Below are positions 62,063 through 64,000 of a stretch of DNA of 64,000 bases, piece by piece (within the stretch, counting starts at the first letter, position 1; each line of letters begins with the position of its first letter). The stretch spans positions 1 through 64,000 of the forward strand of contig JAAFKI010000182.1 of assembly GCA_021399345.1 (NCBI GenBank), given 5' to 3'. The stretch comes from Candidatus Heimdallarchaeota archaeon. Lineage in GTDB: Archaea; Asgardarchaeota; Heimdallarchaeia; Heimdallarchaeales; Heimdallarchaeaceae. Under the pieces are notes generated by a model. That model was not told the DNA's origin, did not search any database, and was given only the letters and a program-made list of their open reading frames with translations. A program made the translations under genes and the position numbers.

Positions 62063-63472
62063 GTGTTATGTTTGCCGGCAATATCTAGTTGTAGTTTTTG
62101 TAGTGGTCCAGCACAATACTATTGTAAATCATGCAAGAGAAAACTTTGTACTGAACATATTCATATATCAAATACAGTATACTTCTGCTCAACTTGTGAA
62201 ACTGAGAGCCTTGACTCAAAATGTCAAAAGTGTGGTTCAGCTACAGAATTTTCCAGAAATGAGCCTACTAATAGCTGTGAATGGTGTAAATCAATAGATG
62301 TTGAAGACGGACTTCTTTATCATCAACAGCTTCCACATTTGATATTTTCTTCATTTACTCTGTTGAACAAGAAGCTTGCTCAAGTGTGGGATCTTACTCA
62401 GAAATATCTTGAAATTGTTAAGAATGTCTTTGAAATTAGAAAAGCGAAAATTATGCTTTTTGGAGATGTGGAAGATGAAATTACTTTACTTAGAAGTAAA
62501 ATTTCGATATTCATTGATCAACTTGTTAAATTTGAAAATGATACTTTTGCAATGGTTGATGAGAAACTACGTGCAATCGGTTATATGAGATTTACAAATG
62601 TGGATAACATAGAAAGAGGAGAAGAAATCCTTAATTTACTTCAAGGTCGATTAGACTTACTTGATACCACAATAAAGTCAAAGTTTAATGAAATGAATGA
62701 AGATTTTCAAACTCTTAATCAAAAAGTAGATTTTCTTGGTTTTCAATTTCGTTTGTTAAGTAAGATTCATCATCTCCTACCTGAAGACAAGGAAGAACAT
62801 TTAATTTCCATTCTTCCACGGATTTGGCTAAGGAAGAACAGTAAATTACCAAAGAAATATCTTGTTGTTCTGACTAGTAAGAATTTATACTTGCTCCGAG
62901 AAAAAGGTTTGTTTAATGTTAGGTTAAAAACAAAAGAAACTATCAGCTTATCGTATATTATAAACAAACAATATATTTCCAGATTATTATCTCACAACAT
63001 GTTTTGCTTCAAAACTAGATTAGATTCATATTCATTTCTTGGAAGAAAGGAGAGTCTTGATCAATTTATGATTTATTTTGAAATCATCGAAAATTACATC
63101 GATTATTCAATTCATAAATCCTCAATAATTGAAGATCTCAAGTACTATTCACTAACCATTAATGAACTAAAAACAAACATACAAAGAAATGTAAGTCACC
63201 TCCGTGCTTATTTGCTTAATAAACGTGAATTGAAACGCGAATTATACTGGAGAGAAGGACAAGATGCAAGATTCAAGAAACTGTTTGAGCAACTACTAGC
63301 TGTAGAACGAAAAATACATCGATTAAATGAAACCAGAAGGCATGGTTCTCGGGGTACCAAAGGTATAGATGGATTATTAAGAAAACTAACCAGCGAACAT
63401 CATAGGCTCAAACGACATTTAGATGACATTCAAAGAAAAAGTGAAGAATTTGATGACATGTGGGAACTTTGA
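62063..63472 (+). CDS. Zn-finger (B-box-like) - coiled coil - PH-like - coiled coil protein
   Basis: CxxC..YCxxC...CxxH, three further CxxC pairs, long heptad region, LVVLTSKNLYLLREKG beta domain. Confidence 0.7.
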   Translation: MLCLPAISSCSFCSGPAQYYCKSCKRKLCTEHIHISNTVYFCSTCETESLDSKCQKCGSATEFSRNEPTNSCEWCKSIDVEDGLLYHQQLPHLIFSSFTLLNKKLAQVWDLTQKYLEIVKNVFEIRKAKIMLFGDVEDEITLLRSKISIFIDQLVKFENDTFAMVDEKLRAIGYMRFTNVDNIERGEEILNLLQGRLDLLDTTIKSKFNEMNEDFQTLNQKVDFLGFQFRLLSKIHHLLPEDKEEHLISILPRIWLRKNSKLPKKYLVVLTSKNLYLLREKGLFNVRLKTKETISLSYIINKQYISRLLSHNMFCFKTRLDSYSFLGRKESLDQFMIYFEIIENYIDYSIHKSSIIEDLKYYSLTINELKTNIQRNVSHLRAYLLNKRELKRELYWREGQDARFKKLFEQLLAVERKIHRLNETRRHGSRGTKGIDGLLRKLTSEHHRLKRHLDDIQRKSEEFDDMWEL

Positions 63473-63496
63473 GAGTTTTATATGTTTTTTATTCGC

Positions 63497-63877
63497 TTAA
63501 TTTTTCCATACTTTAAGAAACTCAGGCATTATCTCAAATTTTACAATAGGGATGTTTAACCATTTAGGATCTGTAGCATCATTAGAAAATTCAATTGTTT
63601 CTTCTGTTGCTGTTTTATACCTTAAGAATGACTTTGTAGGCATTTCTTCTTCATCAGTCCACACAATTATTGGAAGTGCTTTAAGTTCGTAATATCCTAA
63701 GCTTGTGTTAAAAACAAAGTATATTGTCCTATCAGCTTCCTCAAAATGACCAATGTATCCTGCTATTCGGTCAGGGCCAATACTGGATATAACCATTCTA
63801 ACCAAATCTTTCAAAGATGCTAGTTTGATTCCAGCTGGTGATTTTAGATTTTTAGTATTCTCTGCCATAGTAATCAC
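63497..63877 (-). CDS. conserved archaeal protein of unknown function ('cren protein'-like)
   Basis: SLKDLVRM...IYFV...LPIIV...FLRY...IPIV pattern recalled from TACK/Asgard small proteins. Confidence 0.6.
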   Translation of the reverse strand: MITMAENTKNLKSPAGIKLASLKDLVRMVISSIGPDRIAGYIGHFEEADRTIYFVFNTSLGYYELKALPIIVWTDEEEMPTKSFLRYKTATEETIEFSNDATDPKWLNIPIVKFEIMPEFLKVWKN

Positions 63878-63904
63878 TGAAAAAAGAGAAGTAAAGAGAG
63901 GGAA

Positions 63905-64000
63905 TTAGAATACAAGTAGGATAGCTACTAGTAGACCATAAATAGCCACAGCTTCAATCAACACTATGAAGAGAAAAGCTTTTCCGAAAACTTCAGGTTT
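63905..64000 (-). CDS. atpK: A/V-type ATPase proteolipid subunit K (c), C-terminal part (runs off window)
   Basis: Minus strand reads KPEVFGKAFLFIVLIEAVAIYGLLVAILLVF*, with the ion-binding Glu in E..AIYG; not in the ORF track. Confidence 0.92.
   Translation of the reverse strand, partial: KPEVFGKAFLFIVLIEAVAIYGLLVAILLVF

Overview
AT-rich archaeal chromosome segment, almost entirely housekeeping genes. It is almost certainly from an Asgard archaeon: it carries a eukaryote-like actin, a roadblock/LC7 protein and a 7TM-longin-like protein. Assignment to Heimdallarchaeia is my inference. The left part holds an intron-containing initiator tRNA-Met, a short histone-fold gene, a GGR-rpo10-rps2-mvk-ipk-rpl7ae-rps28e-rpl24e-ndk-aIF5B run, tiaS, an hsp20-cdc48-ArsR heat-shock operon, and alkylation-repair genes (tag, ogt) around a Wss1/SprT-like protease. 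The middle holds amino-acid/peptide catabolism genes, a bacterial-type ThrRS, LeuRS and an ECF transporter. The right part holds prefoldin beta, actin and A/V-ATPase genes. The most striking feature is a 1067-aa A/V-ATPase subunit I (a) whose soluble N-terminal stator domain is present twice in tandem. It is paired only with subunit C(d), is separated from the proteolipid gene, and lies between a roadblock gene and actin. No CRISPR array, transposase or integrase was seen. One ORF in the supplied track (17920..19065) has the wrong strand; it is on the minus strand.
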